Assembly (NCBI GenBank): GCA_049287065.1
Contig: JBAQFB010000008.1
Coordinates: forward strand, 118,071-182,070
Reading direction: 5' to 3'
DNA from: Candidatus Nanopelagicaceae bacterium
Lineage (GTDB): Bacteria > Actinomycetota > Actinomycetes > Nanopelagicales > Nanopelagicaceae
Length of the DNA: 64,000 nt
Numbering within the stretch: the stretch's first letter is position 1; the number at the start of each line of letters is the position of its first letter. The translations under genes and the position numbers were made by a program. The notes under the pieces were generated by a model. It did no database searches. It was not told the origin of the DNA and saw nothing but the letters and a program-made list of their open reading frames with translations. This document shows, piece by piece, positions 30,799 through 39,332 of this stretch.

Positions 30799-30839
30799 AA
30801 GCCGGAGGAAGATAGCTGCACGCTAGCGGCTGAAAGTTG

Positions 30840-31541
30840 TTACCGGTGAGTAACTCGCGCCAAAATACCGAAAGAGATGGCGATGGCCTGACCGACGAAG
30901 AAAGCGAAGAGGGCGGTTCCTATACCCACTTGGCCCCCTAAGAGATATCCACCCAAGAGTACGACTGATTCAATGGCCAGCCGAACCCGGCCGATTCGTA
31001 TACCCGTTTTATGGTGCAGGCCGGTCATCCACCCGTCGCGTGGGCCAGGCCCCAATCCGCACGATATGTAGAAGGCTGAAGCAATTCCTACCAGGATTAT
31101 TCCCAGGATCGAGAAAATCAGACCTGAAGCAAGTTCGTCCTGCAGGGGAATGACATTCACTCCAACCTGAAGCGCAAGAGCGATGACGGCAATATTGAGC
31201 AAAGTCCCGACTCCAAGCTTTTCCTCCAAGGGGATCCAGAGCAGTAGGACTATGCAACTTATCCAAAAAGTGGCCCATCCAAGATTTATTCCAGTTCGAT
31301 TGGAAACGCCCTGGGATAGGACTATCCAAGGAGAGTTTCCTAAGTTTGATTGAACCAACAACGCCTCACCAATACCGAATAGAAAAAGAGCGCCGAAAAG
31401 CACGGACAAACTTGCGGGGGACAGGGACCAACGAGTCCTGGCTCTCCAGGGAGTTATCGGAATTGTCCGGTGAGGACGAAACCATTCGACTAATCGCCGC
31501 CGAAAATTCTCTGATTCTGGATGTTCACCGTCATGAGACAT
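30840..31541 (-). CDS. uncharacterised integral membrane protein, YczE/YitT-like
   Basis: 233 aa with about 6 predicted hydrophobic helices. The SCGLGPGPRDGWM motif resembles the YczE family. It is 41 nt upstream of, and co-directional with, the permease. Confidence 0.65.
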   Translation of the reverse strand: MSHDGEHPESENFRRRLVEWFRPHRTIPITPWRARTRWSLSPASLSVLFGALFLFGIGEALLVQSNLGNSPWIVLSQGVSNRTGINLGWATFWISCIVLLLWIPLEEKLGVGTLLNIAVIALALQVGVNVIPLQDELASGLIFSILGIILVGIASAFYISCGLGPGPRDGWMTGLHHKTGIRIGRVRLAIESVVLLGGYLLGGQVGIGTALFAFFVGQAIAISFGILARVTHR

Positions 31542-31623
31542 GCGCGCAGGCTATCCCATCCGCTTCTGTCCATGAAACTTAATTACCTCGGATAGCATTC
31601 TCACCACCATGGATTGCGCGTAA

Positions 31624-32361
31624 ATGTTTCCGGGAATCGGCACTGTCATAAATGTTGCTGCCGTCATTATTGGTGCGTCTTTGGGTGTGCTATTTGGCGC
31701 AAGGATTCCGGAGAAGACTCGCACACTTATTACTGATGTGCTTGGACTCACGGTCCTTCTCGCTGCCGCTAGTGCACTCGTCAATCTATGGTCGAATCGT
31801 TTTATTTCTTCCGTTCCTACCGGGTGGACTTTATTGACAGTTCTTGGATCACTTTTACTGGGTGGACTCTTAGGTTCCTGGGCTCGGCTAGAAGATCGAT
31901 TGGATGGGATGGGCGAACGACTCAGAAAGCGATTCAGCGGCAAAGGTGAGAGCACTTTTGTAGAGGGTTTTGTCTCGGCTTCTCTCCTTTTCGTGATTGG
32001 GCCTCTGTCGATACTTGGAAGCATTAGCGATGGGATGTCAAAGGGCGTTGATCAACTACTGTTGAAAAGTTCGCTTGACTTCTTTGCGGCTATGGCTTTC
32101 GCAGCGACGTTGGGGTGGGGAGTCGCATTCTCGGCTTTGCCAGTTGGTATTTACCAGGGCGTATGGACTGTGGTTGGAGTTGTGCTCGGCACGGTGCTCT
32201 CAGGTTATCAAGTGGATGCAATGACGGCAGTAGGCGGCGTTCTACTTCTGTGTATCGGATTGAAATTGCTCAAAATTCGCAATATTGCCGTGGGAAATCT
32301 CCTGCCCGCTCTGGCCATCGCGCCGTTGATGGCCGGAGCGCTACATTTGCTGATTTCCTAG
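31624..32361 (+). CDS. DUF554 (YqgA-like) membrane protein
   Basis: 245 aa. Colinear with E. coli YqgA as I remember it (GTVINVAAVIIGASLG...ARIPEK..., GSISDGM..., KSSLDFFAAMAFAATLG, VGGVLLLCIGLKLL). Confidence 0.78.
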   Translation: MFPGIGTVINVAAVIIGASLGVLFGARIPEKTRTLITDVLGLTVLLAAASALVNLWSNRFISSVPTGWTLLTVLGSLLLGGLLGSWARLEDRLDGMGERLRKRFSGKGESTFVEGFVSASLLFVIGPLSILGSISDGMSKGVDQLLLKSSLDFFAAMAFAATLGWGVAFSALPVGIYQGVWTVVGVVLGTVLSGYQVDAMTAVGGVLLLCIGLKLLKIRNIAVGNLLPALAIAPLMAGALHLLIS

Positions 32362-32384
32362 AGTGAATTCCTGCCTAGAGAAGT

Positions 32385-33425
32385 TCAAAAAGTGCTGGCG
32401 TCAATCACGAATCTGTATTTAACATCGCTGGCAACCGTGCGTTCGTAGGCAGTATTGACGTAGTTGGCCTCAATTACTTCTACATCGCTGACAATGTTGT
32501 GGACTCCGCAAAAATCGAGCATTTCTTGAGTTTCGGGAATTCCTCCAATTTGAGATCCGCCGAGGGAGCGTCTGGCCCCTATCAAAGCACCGGCGTGAAC
32601 TGAATACGGCTTCCCGGGGAGTCCTATAGCGACAAGCGTGCCATCAACAGCGAGCAAATTGAGATACGCATTTATATCAAGTTCTGCGGAAACAGTATTA
32701 AGAATAAGATCAAATTGCTTCCTATACTGCTTCAAATTGGACATCTCTCGAGTGACCACAAAATTATCTGCACCCATACCAATTGCATCGTTTTCTTTAC
32801 TCGGCGAGTGCGAAAAGACGGTGACGTGAGCGCCTAAGGCTTTGGCGAGTTTGACACCCATATGTCCAAGACCGCCAAGTCCAATCACACCCACTCGCGT
32901 ACCGGATTGAGCGCCCCAGTGCTTTAGGGGAGAGTAAAGGGTAATTCCCGCACAAAGAAGTGGGGCCACGCCAGCTAAGTCCAAATTCTCGGGCACGTGA
33001 ACTGCGTAGTCCGCATCCACTACAAAATTATTTGAGTATCCACCCATGGCCAGAGTGACGCCATCGCGCTCGTACGAATTGTAAGTGGCGGTCATTTCAT
33101 TCTCGCAATATTGCTGGAGACCGCGCGAGCAGTTATTGCACGTACGACAAGAATCAACAAAAACACCTACGCCAATTCTCGCTCCGATCTTGAATTTTGA
33201 AACATCCGATCCTATTTCCCGAACGATTCCTACAATCTCGTGCCCCGGAACCATCGGGTAAAGCGAGGGACCCCACTCTTCCCTCGCCTGGTGAATGTCG
33301 GAATGGCAGATTCCGGCGAAGGAAATGTCAAAAGCCACATCGTTGGGGCGCAAGGCCCGTCGTTCGAAAGTAAATGGTTCGAGGGGGGTTTTGCTATTCA
33401 GAGCCGCCATGCCGCGCGATTTCAT
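32385..33425 (-). CDS. NAD(P)-dependent zinc alcohol dehydrogenase (cinnamyl-ADH / YahK-like)
   Basis: GICHSDIHQAREEWG..YPMVPGHEIVG catalytic-zinc motif, structural-zinc CRTCNNCSRGLQQYC, and GIGGLGHMGVKLAKALG Rossmann motif. The start is MKSRGMAAL at 33425. The ORF-track extension to 33674 runs through the tdk 3' end. Confidence 0.9.
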   Translation of the reverse strand: MKSRGMAALNSKTPLEPFTFERRALRPNDVAFDISFAGICHSDIHQAREEWGPSLYPMVPGHEIVGIVREIGSDVSKFKIGARIGVGVFVDSCRTCNNCSRGLQQYCENEMTATYNSYERDGVTLAMGGYSNNFVVDADYAVHVPENLDLAGVAPLLCAGITLYSPLKHWGAQSGTRVGVIGLGGLGHMGVKLAKALGAHVTVFSHSPSKENDAIGMGADNFVVTREMSNLKQYRKQFDLILNTVSAELDINAYLNLLAVDGTLVAIGLPGKPYSVHAGALIGARRSLGGSQIGGIPETQEMLDFCGVHNIVSDVEVIEANYVNTAYERTVASDVKYRFVIDASTF

Positions 33426-33463
33426 TGATGCCTCTTTTCTAAATTGTCTAAATTGTTGTGGGA

Positions 33464-34117
33464 TTAGGTGTTGAAAGGTAGAGGCTCTGTAGATGTATGC
33501 GCCGCACGGGACGCACGCGCGGTCACTTGACGCATGTGATGACGCCTGCAGAGGACTTCGTAACTCACTTCTTCGCCACGGTGCACATCTCCGACGACGA
33601 CTTGCTCGCCCTCTGTGATCATGACCCCGCCCTGGGTGCGGGCATTGTGTGTCGCCCGTGCGCCGCACCAGCAAAGCGCCTCCACTTGCAGAGTGTTCAC
33701 ACGATCGGCCAATTCGACGAGCCTGGCGGAGCCTGGAAAAAGTGAGGTGCGAAAATCCGTCAGGATTCCAAAGGCGTAGACATCTATTCCTAGTCCATCA
33801 ACAATCTTGGCTAACTGCTCGATTTGCTCGCGCCGGTAAAATTGAGCCTCATCGCAAATGACAAAATCAATTCGAACGCCCACTGAAAGTTGATCTACCA
33901 CGAATCTATGTAGATCTATTTCCGGATCTACTTCAATCGCTTGGCGTTGCAATCCGAGCCTGGAAGAAATCAATCCGGCTCCAGCCCGATCCTTACTAGT
34001 GAAAATCACACCGGTGCGACCGCGACTCTGATGATTGTGCGCTGTCTGAAGCGCAAGGGTGGACTTACCACTATCCATCGTTCCGCAGTAGTAAACCAGC
34101 TCAGCCACAACGAGCAT
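33464..34117 (-). CDS. tdk: thymidine kinase
   Basis: P-loop GTMDSGKST, DEAQF, and the C-terminal zinc ribbon CWCG....CRRH. Confidence 0.92.
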   Translation of the reverse strand: MLVVAELVYYCGTMDSGKSTLALQTAHNHQSRGRTGVIFTSKDRAGAGLISSRLGLQRQAIEVDPEIDLHRFVVDQLSVGVRIDFVICDEAQFYRREQIEQLAKIVDGLGIDVYAFGILTDFRTSLFPGSARLVELADRVNTLQVEALCWCGARATHNARTQGGVMITEGEQVVVGDVHRGEEVSYEVLCRRHHMRQVTARASRAAHTSTEPLPFNT

Positions 34118-34150
34118 CCTGCCACAGAGCCGACCAACTTGCTTTTAGGA

Positions 34151-34684
34151 TCAAATGGTGAAGATTGTATGAATAGGAATTGAGGGATAGATCTCCTGGA
34201 TTCGGACACGTCCGCCAAGTGACTCAATCTCCATCACTGTGCCGACGCCTGTAACAATTCCGCCCACCCTCTCTATCAAACGAATTCCTGCCAGAGCGGT
34301 ACCACCCGTCGCTAGCACGTCGTCAATGATCAAAACTCTTGTCCCTGGCGCAATGGCATCTTGGTGGATCTCTACGATGGCGTTCCCATATTCGAGTCCG
34401 TAGCTCTCCTCATGCGTAAGGGATGGCAATTTCCCTTTCTTGCGGATGGGGATGAAACCGATGGCCAGCGAATGAGCCAAGGCGCCGGCAAAAATAAAAC
34501 CGCGCGCCTCAAGCCCTGCGATCGCCTGCGCTTGCTTCGCCAACTGGGTGAATTCTGAGACAACCGCCTGGAATGAAGGGCCATGACCTAAAAGGGGAGT
34601 CAGATCCTGGAAGAGAATTCCCGGAAGCGGAAAGTCAGGAATTTCACGGATAAGGCGCCGCGCTAGATCCAAAGATTCCTTCAT
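34151..34684 (-). CDS. apt: adenine phosphoribosyltransferase
   Basis: 177 aa. Has IPDFPLPGILFQDLTPLL, GLEARGFIF, and the PRPP motif VLIIDDVLATGGTA. Confidence 0.93.
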   Translation of the reverse strand: MKESLDLARRLIREIPDFPLPGILFQDLTPLLGHGPSFQAVVSEFTQLAKQAQAIAGLEARGFIFAGALAHSLAIGFIPIRKKGKLPSLTHEESYGLEYGNAIVEIHQDAIAPGTRVLIIDDVLATGGTALAGIRLIERVGGIVTGVGTVMEIESLGGRVRIQEIYPSIPIHTIFTI

Positions 34685-34800
34685 TTCTTCATTATAGAGA
34701 TTAGATTCGTCAAAGCGATGAGACTTAGAGGAGGCGCACTACTCTTTACAGGTCTTTACTTATCATTACTTGGGATTTGAACGACTGCAAGGAGTAGCTC

Positions 34801-35253
34801 ATGCCGGAGTACGGTCTCAACATTAACGGTGAAAGCGTTCGTATCGAATGCCAAGAAAATACTCCGTTGTTGTGGATCCTGCGCAATCACCTGCAACTAA
34901 CTGGAACCCGATTTGGCTGTGGCAGCGGATTGTGCGGTGCCTGCACTGTACTTATTGATGGCATCCCCGTGCATTCATGCGATACGCCAGTGTGGTCAGT
35001 TGGCTCCAAAATCATTCAAACAATCGAAAACGAGGCGAACCAGACGCTCACTAAAGTGAAGACAAGTATCACCAGCAGTCAGGCGGGTCAATGCGGTTTT
35101 TGCTTGTCCGGGATAATGATACGCGCCAGCGCGTTGATCGATTCAGGGGTCGCGTTGACTAGAGAATCGGTCGTCGCGAGCCTGGATGGCCACCTATGTC
35201 GGTGCGGTGCCCATAACCGAATTATTGATGCCCTCCTTCGGGCAGGTTTGTAA
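34801..35253 (+). CDS. (2Fe-2S)-binding small subunit of a molybdenum hydroxylase (IorA/CoxS-like)
   Basis: 150 aa with two cluster motifs: GCGSGLCGACTV and QCGFCLSGIM...CRCG. AAGGAG SD upstream. Confidence 0.9.
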   Translation: MPEYGLNINGESVRIECQENTPLLWILRNHLQLTGTRFGCGSGLCGACTVLIDGIPVHSCDTPVWSVGSKIIQTIENEANQTLTKVKTSITSSQAGQCGFCLSGIMIRASALIDSGVALTRESVVASLDGHLCRCGAHNRIIDALLRAGL

Positions 35254-35255
35254 CC

Positions 35256-37274
35256 ATGCCAGCCCTTGATTCCCTCCTTAAATCACCCAGAGTCTCTGAC
35301 TGGTTAGATTTCACGCACGATGGGTACGTTGCAATTAAGACTGGGAAGGTGGAATTTGGCCAAGGCATTCTGACTGCGCTACTACAAATTGTTGCCGAGG
35401 AACTGAATGTTCCTTTGGAGAAATGTTATTGCGTGTCTACGTCAACAGCACTAAGCCCTAATGAGGGATTCACGGCGGGAAGTCTCTCGGTTCAAGATTC
35501 CGGATCCGCGCTTCGATTAGCGAGTGCGACTGCTCGAGTACACGCTGGCGGAGAAAGTTACTGGACTATCGCAGCGGCATCGGGGTGGGATATCCCCATT
35601 GATGTCGATGTAACCGTGAAAAGTGCGGATGAGTATTCCTTAGTTGGGCACAGCACCCCACGCATTGATTTGGATCGCAAAGTACAGGGTAAACCGTCCT
35701 ACATCCATGATTTGCGGTTTGAGAACCTTCTGTATGCCCGAGTCTTGCGTCCACCTACTCGTGAATCCACGCTCATCAATTTGCACGAGGACAAAGTGGC
35801 ATTGGGCCCAGAAATTGAAAAGATCGTCGTTGACGGATCCTTTGTTGCCGTAATCGCCCGTGACGAATTCTCTGCCCAACAGGTCGTGAATCAGTTATCG
35901 GAGCTATCAGTATGGACTGCCGATTCGCGTGGCTTTAGCGACAGAGAAGTCGCTGATTTTCTGGCTAGTGCTCCCGCAGACACTCACATTGTGCACGACA
36001 AGGGAGAGGGTGGTCCTATTAATCACTCCACTAAGGCCACGTACTCCAGGCCATATCTGTCTCATGCTTCGATTGGGACAGTGACTGCGATTGCCCAATG
36101 GGTTGGCGACTCACTTCATCTCTGGTCACAAACGCAAGGCGTTTATCCACTTCGTGCCGATTTAGCACGCGCCTTTAGCATCGATATTGATCGCATCACA
36201 GTCACACACGTGGAAGGTGCTGGTTGCTACGGCCACAATGGTGCAGATGACGTCGCTTTCGACGCAGCTCTCGTAGCAAGGCATGTTCCAGGCAGTGCAA
36301 TTTTAATCTCGTGGTCTCGCGAGGACGAGTTGAGTTGGGCACCTTTTGGACCCGCGATGAGAGCTGATTTATCGGCCTCTTTGGATAATCACGGCGCAAT
36401 TTCACATTGGTCGCATACTGTGCGGGGAAATGGCCATTCCACGCGTCCATCCACTTTGCCTTCACCATCTTTTTTGGCCTACGCCCATTTACCAGAGGGC
36501 GTCGCGATTCCTCCGGCAGAAGACCCACCGATGCAACGCGGTGGTGGGACGGGGAGGAATTCCATCCCACTCTATGATTTTGAAAATGTTCTAATAACTA
36601 CGGAGCGTTTACTGGATATGCCGATTCGAACCTCAGCGATGCGTGCCCTTGGCGCACATATGAATGTGTTCGCAATTGAATCATTCATGGATGAATTGGC
36701 CCTGCAGTCAGGTCAGGACCCCGTGGAGTTTCGACTGCGTCACTTATCGGACCCGCGAGGCAGGGATGTTATTGAAAGAGTTGCCGAGATCTCCGGATGG
36801 GGAGAGCAACTACCTGACGGGCACGGGAAAGGGATTGGTTTTGCGCGCTATAAGAATAAAGGAGCTTGGTGCGCCGTCGTTGCTCAAGTAGAGGCCGAGA
36901 GCCGGGTAAAGGTGGCGAATCTATGGATTGCCGTAGATGTCGGTCTAGTGATCAACCCGGACGGAGTGATCAATCAGATTGAAGGGGGAGCGCTCCAATC
37001 CACGAGCTGGACAACGAAAGAACAGGTACGTTTTTCGAAAGGGCGGGTGATTTCCAATAACTGGGAGGACTACTCAATTTTGAAATTTTCGGAAGTACCG
37101 TTAATCCAAACGGAGATCATTTCGCGCCCGAGTTTGCCCACTCTTGGCGCAGGTGAAGCGTCTATTGGTCCCACTGGCGCTGCGATAGCCAATGCGCTGG
37201 CAAGTGCGATTGGTGTTCGAGTTCGCAATATGCCGCTCACACCCGAAAACATCATTGCCAGTATGGATGCCTAA
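35256..37274 (+). CDS. molybdopterin-binding large subunit of a xanthine-dehydrogenase-family hydroxylase (IorB-like)
   Basis: 672 aa. Has GKVEFGQGILTALLQIVAEEL, TSAMRALGAHMNVFAIESFMDELA and GEASIGPTGAAIANAL. No twin-arginine signal. Starts 2 nt after the small subunit. Confidence 0.87.
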   Translation: MPALDSLLKSPRVSDWLDFTHDGYVAIKTGKVEFGQGILTALLQIVAEELNVPLEKCYCVSTSTALSPNEGFTAGSLSVQDSGSALRLASATARVHAGGESYWTIAAASGWDIPIDVDVTVKSADEYSLVGHSTPRIDLDRKVQGKPSYIHDLRFENLLYARVLRPPTRESTLINLHEDKVALGPEIEKIVVDGSFVAVIARDEFSAQQVVNQLSELSVWTADSRGFSDREVADFLASAPADTHIVHDKGEGGPINHSTKATYSRPYLSHASIGTVTAIAQWVGDSLHLWSQTQGVYPLRADLARAFSIDIDRITVTHVEGAGCYGHNGADDVAFDAALVARHVPGSAILISWSREDELSWAPFGPAMRADLSASLDNHGAISHWSHTVRGNGHSTRPSTLPSPSFLAYAHLPEGVAIPPAEDPPMQRGGGTGRNSIPLYDFENVLITTERLLDMPIRTSAMRALGAHMNVFAIESFMDELALQSGQDPVEFRLRHLSDPRGRDVIERVAEISGWGEQLPDGHGKGIGFARYKNKGAWCAVVAQVEAESRVKVANLWIAVDVGLVINPDGVINQIEGGALQSTSWTTKEQVRFSKGRVISNNWEDYSILKFSEVPLIQTEIISRPSLPTLGAGEASIGPTGAAIANALASAIGVRVRNMPLTPENIIASMDA

Positions 37275-37281
37275 TCCAGTT

Positions 37282-38418
37282 TCAGATTACAGCAGGAGCT
37301 GCGCTTTTTTCACTTGCCAGAGAAATCTTATGAATCGGAGCGCTGCCTTCAGAGAGGGGCTGTCGGGTTCCACCGGTTAAATCCGAAATGATTTCAGCTG
37401 CAATGGAAACCGCGATCTCTTCGGGAGTGCGTGAGCCGATATCTAATCCGATAGGCGAACGCAGACGCGCTAGTTCAGTTTCTGTCATCCCAATCTCACG
37501 CAAGCGGCGCAGCCGATCTGCATGCGTGCGTCGACTTCCTATGGCTCCGACGTAACCAGCTGCAGAGCGTAATGCGATCTCTAAAACTGGCACATCAAAT
37601 TTAGGATCATGGGTTAGAACGCAAATGACGGTACGTTCATCAATGTCAACTTTCGACAGATACCGATGAGGCCAATCGACTACGACACGATCGGCAGCAT
37701 GTAATCTTTCCTTAGTGGCAAAGGGCACTCGTGCATCACATACTGTGACGTGGTAGCCGAGAAACTTTCCCATGCGGGCTAATGCCGTCGCAAATTCCAT
37801 TGCCCCGAAAATAATCAACTCTGGGGCTTTGGCATAAGACTCAACTAGTATCAAAACTTCATCCATCATCCGTTCGCCCGCGGGACCCAATGCGAGGGTT
37901 CTGGTTATGCCTTGGGTCAAGAGACCGCGACCGTCTTCCGCGACGGAGTGATCTAACCCCGCGGAATGCAAGGTGCCAAAGATACTTTCATGGTCGAAAA
38001 CCATGCGCGCCCCAGAGGTGCCCGGACCACTAACCAGAGTTGCAATTGCAATGGGTCTCTTCTCTTTGATTGCATCCAGAATCAATGCGAAGAGCGGAAA
38101 ACTCTCTTTGGTTACGATTTGTATGAAGAGCTCGATAGTGCCACCACAAGTTAGGCCGAGGGCAAAGCCATCGTCGTCGCTGACACCATAACTCACAATT
38201 CGAGGTTCACCAGATTTCAGCACATCCAAGGCGCTCTCGTAGACAGCACTCTCGACGCAGCCGCCAGAAACGCTGCCAACGACTTCGCCCGATTGCGAAA
38301 CGGCCATTGCCGCGCCAACCGAGCGCGGGGCTGAACTCCACGTTCTAGTTACGGTTGCCAGGGCAAAAGGCTCATCCCTGTTGAACCAGGGTTCTATCTC
38401 ATTAAGAATCGTGCGCAT
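37282..38418 (-). CDS. XdhC/CoxI-family molybdenum-cofactor insertion chaperone
   Basis: 378 aa. N-terminal XdhC_CoxI region (PFALATVTRTWSSAPRSVGAAMAV...GSVSGGCVE) and a C-terminal Rossmann-like XdhC domain (LIIFGAMEFATALARM). Confidence 0.85.
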   Translation of the reverse strand: MRTILNEIEPWFNRDEPFALATVTRTWSSAPRSVGAAMAVSQSGEVVGSVSGGCVESAVYESALDVLKSGEPRIVSYGVSDDDGFALGLTCGGTIELFIQIVTKESFPLFALILDAIKEKRPIAIATLVSGPGTSGARMVFDHESIFGTLHSAGLDHSVAEDGRGLLTQGITRTLALGPAGERMMDEVLILVESYAKAPELIIFGAMEFATALARMGKFLGYHVTVCDARVPFATKERLHAADRVVVDWPHRYLSKVDIDERTVICVLTHDPKFDVPVLEIALRSAAGYVGAIGSRRTHADRLRRLREIGMTETELARLRSPIGLDIGSRTPEEIAVSIAAEIISDLTGGTRQPLSEGSAPIHKISLASEKSAAPAVI

Positions 38419-38522
38419 ATCTTCAACTCTAGTTGATGCCTCACCACGGGAGTAGATGACGTTTCATCAATTAAGGTGTGGTGACTCGACTTTCGCGTTC
38501 TCAGATGGGGAGATAAATCTAC

Positions 38523-39077
38523 GTGACCGTAGCTTTGATCTTGGCAGCGGGAAATGGCTCCCGAATAGGAACCCCAAAAGCACAGATTGAGATTGATGGG
38601 GAGCGTCTTGTCGATCGCGCAGTGTCTATGTCGAGGCAAGCAGGATGTCAGGATGTTTATGTAGTACTGGGTGCATGGCTGGGCGAAGTTGCCGGGGCAA
38701 AAATTATTATTAATGAAAATTGGCGAGAGGGAATAGGTTCTTCGTTACGGGCGGGACTGACTCATATCTCCTCGACGTTGGAAGTAGAGAGCGTCATCGT
38801 CTGCCTGGTTGACTTGCCAGGGATCACCGCGGAAGCAGTCAGTCAGATCCTTCTGACGCCGGGGGAGATAGTTATGGGCACCTTCGGCGGAAAACCTGGA
38901 CACCCGGTCAAATTTTCCCGCACACACTGGCAAGAAATCATGGATGGCGCAGTCGGCGACGTTGGTGCGCAGGCCTTCCTTTCCACCCGGTCAGACATAG
39001 TTTTCGTCGAACTGGACGAGTGGGCATCTGGCAGAGATATCGACACTCACGCCGACTTGGAGTTTTTTCTAAAGTAA
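38523..39077 (+). CDS. MobA/MocA-like nucleotidyltransferase (probable molybdenum cofactor cytidylyltransferase)
   Basis: 184 aa. Has LILAAGNGSRIG.PKAQ and LVDLPGIT motifs. GTG start. Divergent from xdhC. Confidence 0.78.
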   Translation: MTVALILAAGNGSRIGTPKAQIEIDGERLVDRAVSMSRQAGCQDVYVVLGAWLGEVAGAKIIINENWREGIGSSLRAGLTHISSTLEVESVIVCLVDLPGITAEAVSQILLTPGEIVMGTFGGKPGHPVKFSRTHWQEIMDGAVGDVGAQAFLSTRSDIVFVELDEWASGRDIDTHADLEFFLK

Positions 39078-39332
39078 ATTCATGCACCTCTGCATCACCC
39101 TCAACATCTCCAAACGTTTCTGAATTGCGAGATTCTTACTGTCGTGAGGTTGGTCGCATTCCTGAGCATTGCCTTATAGGGAAATGAGCACGAATATCGA
39201 AAAGAATCACCGGACGACATGAATCTGCGACACCCGCACGATTTCGGGTCGATTTACGCAGAGTTTGCACAGGAAGACGCCCCAGTCTTTCAATGTAGAG
39301 CAAATCGGCTTTGCAGATGCAAGGAGATTGAA

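Noticed and set aside
30742-30839. A purine (guanine/adenine) riboswitch upstream of the NCS2 permease. I also looked in the YczE-like leader at 31542-31623.
   Set aside because: Reading the minus strand, I find none of the conserved purine-aptamer elements (UAUA...GGAUAUGG...GUUUCUACC...CCGUAAA). The spacers are also too short for an aptamer plus platform.
33426-33674. An 83-codon N-terminal extension of the alcohol dehydrogenase ORF, with Arg-rich sequence running through the tdk 3' end.
   Set aside because: Homology to Zn-ADHs begins at MKSRGMAAL (33425). The extension overlaps the tdk coding sequence in another frame and looks like non-coding read-through of an open frame.
39219-39332. 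The ATG at 39219 as the start of the secreted-protein gene, giving a 38-aa N-terminal extension.
   Set aside because: It has no SD and would place the obvious signal peptide internally. The ATG at 39333 has a perfect AAGGAG at optimal spacing and a canonical K-rich n-region.
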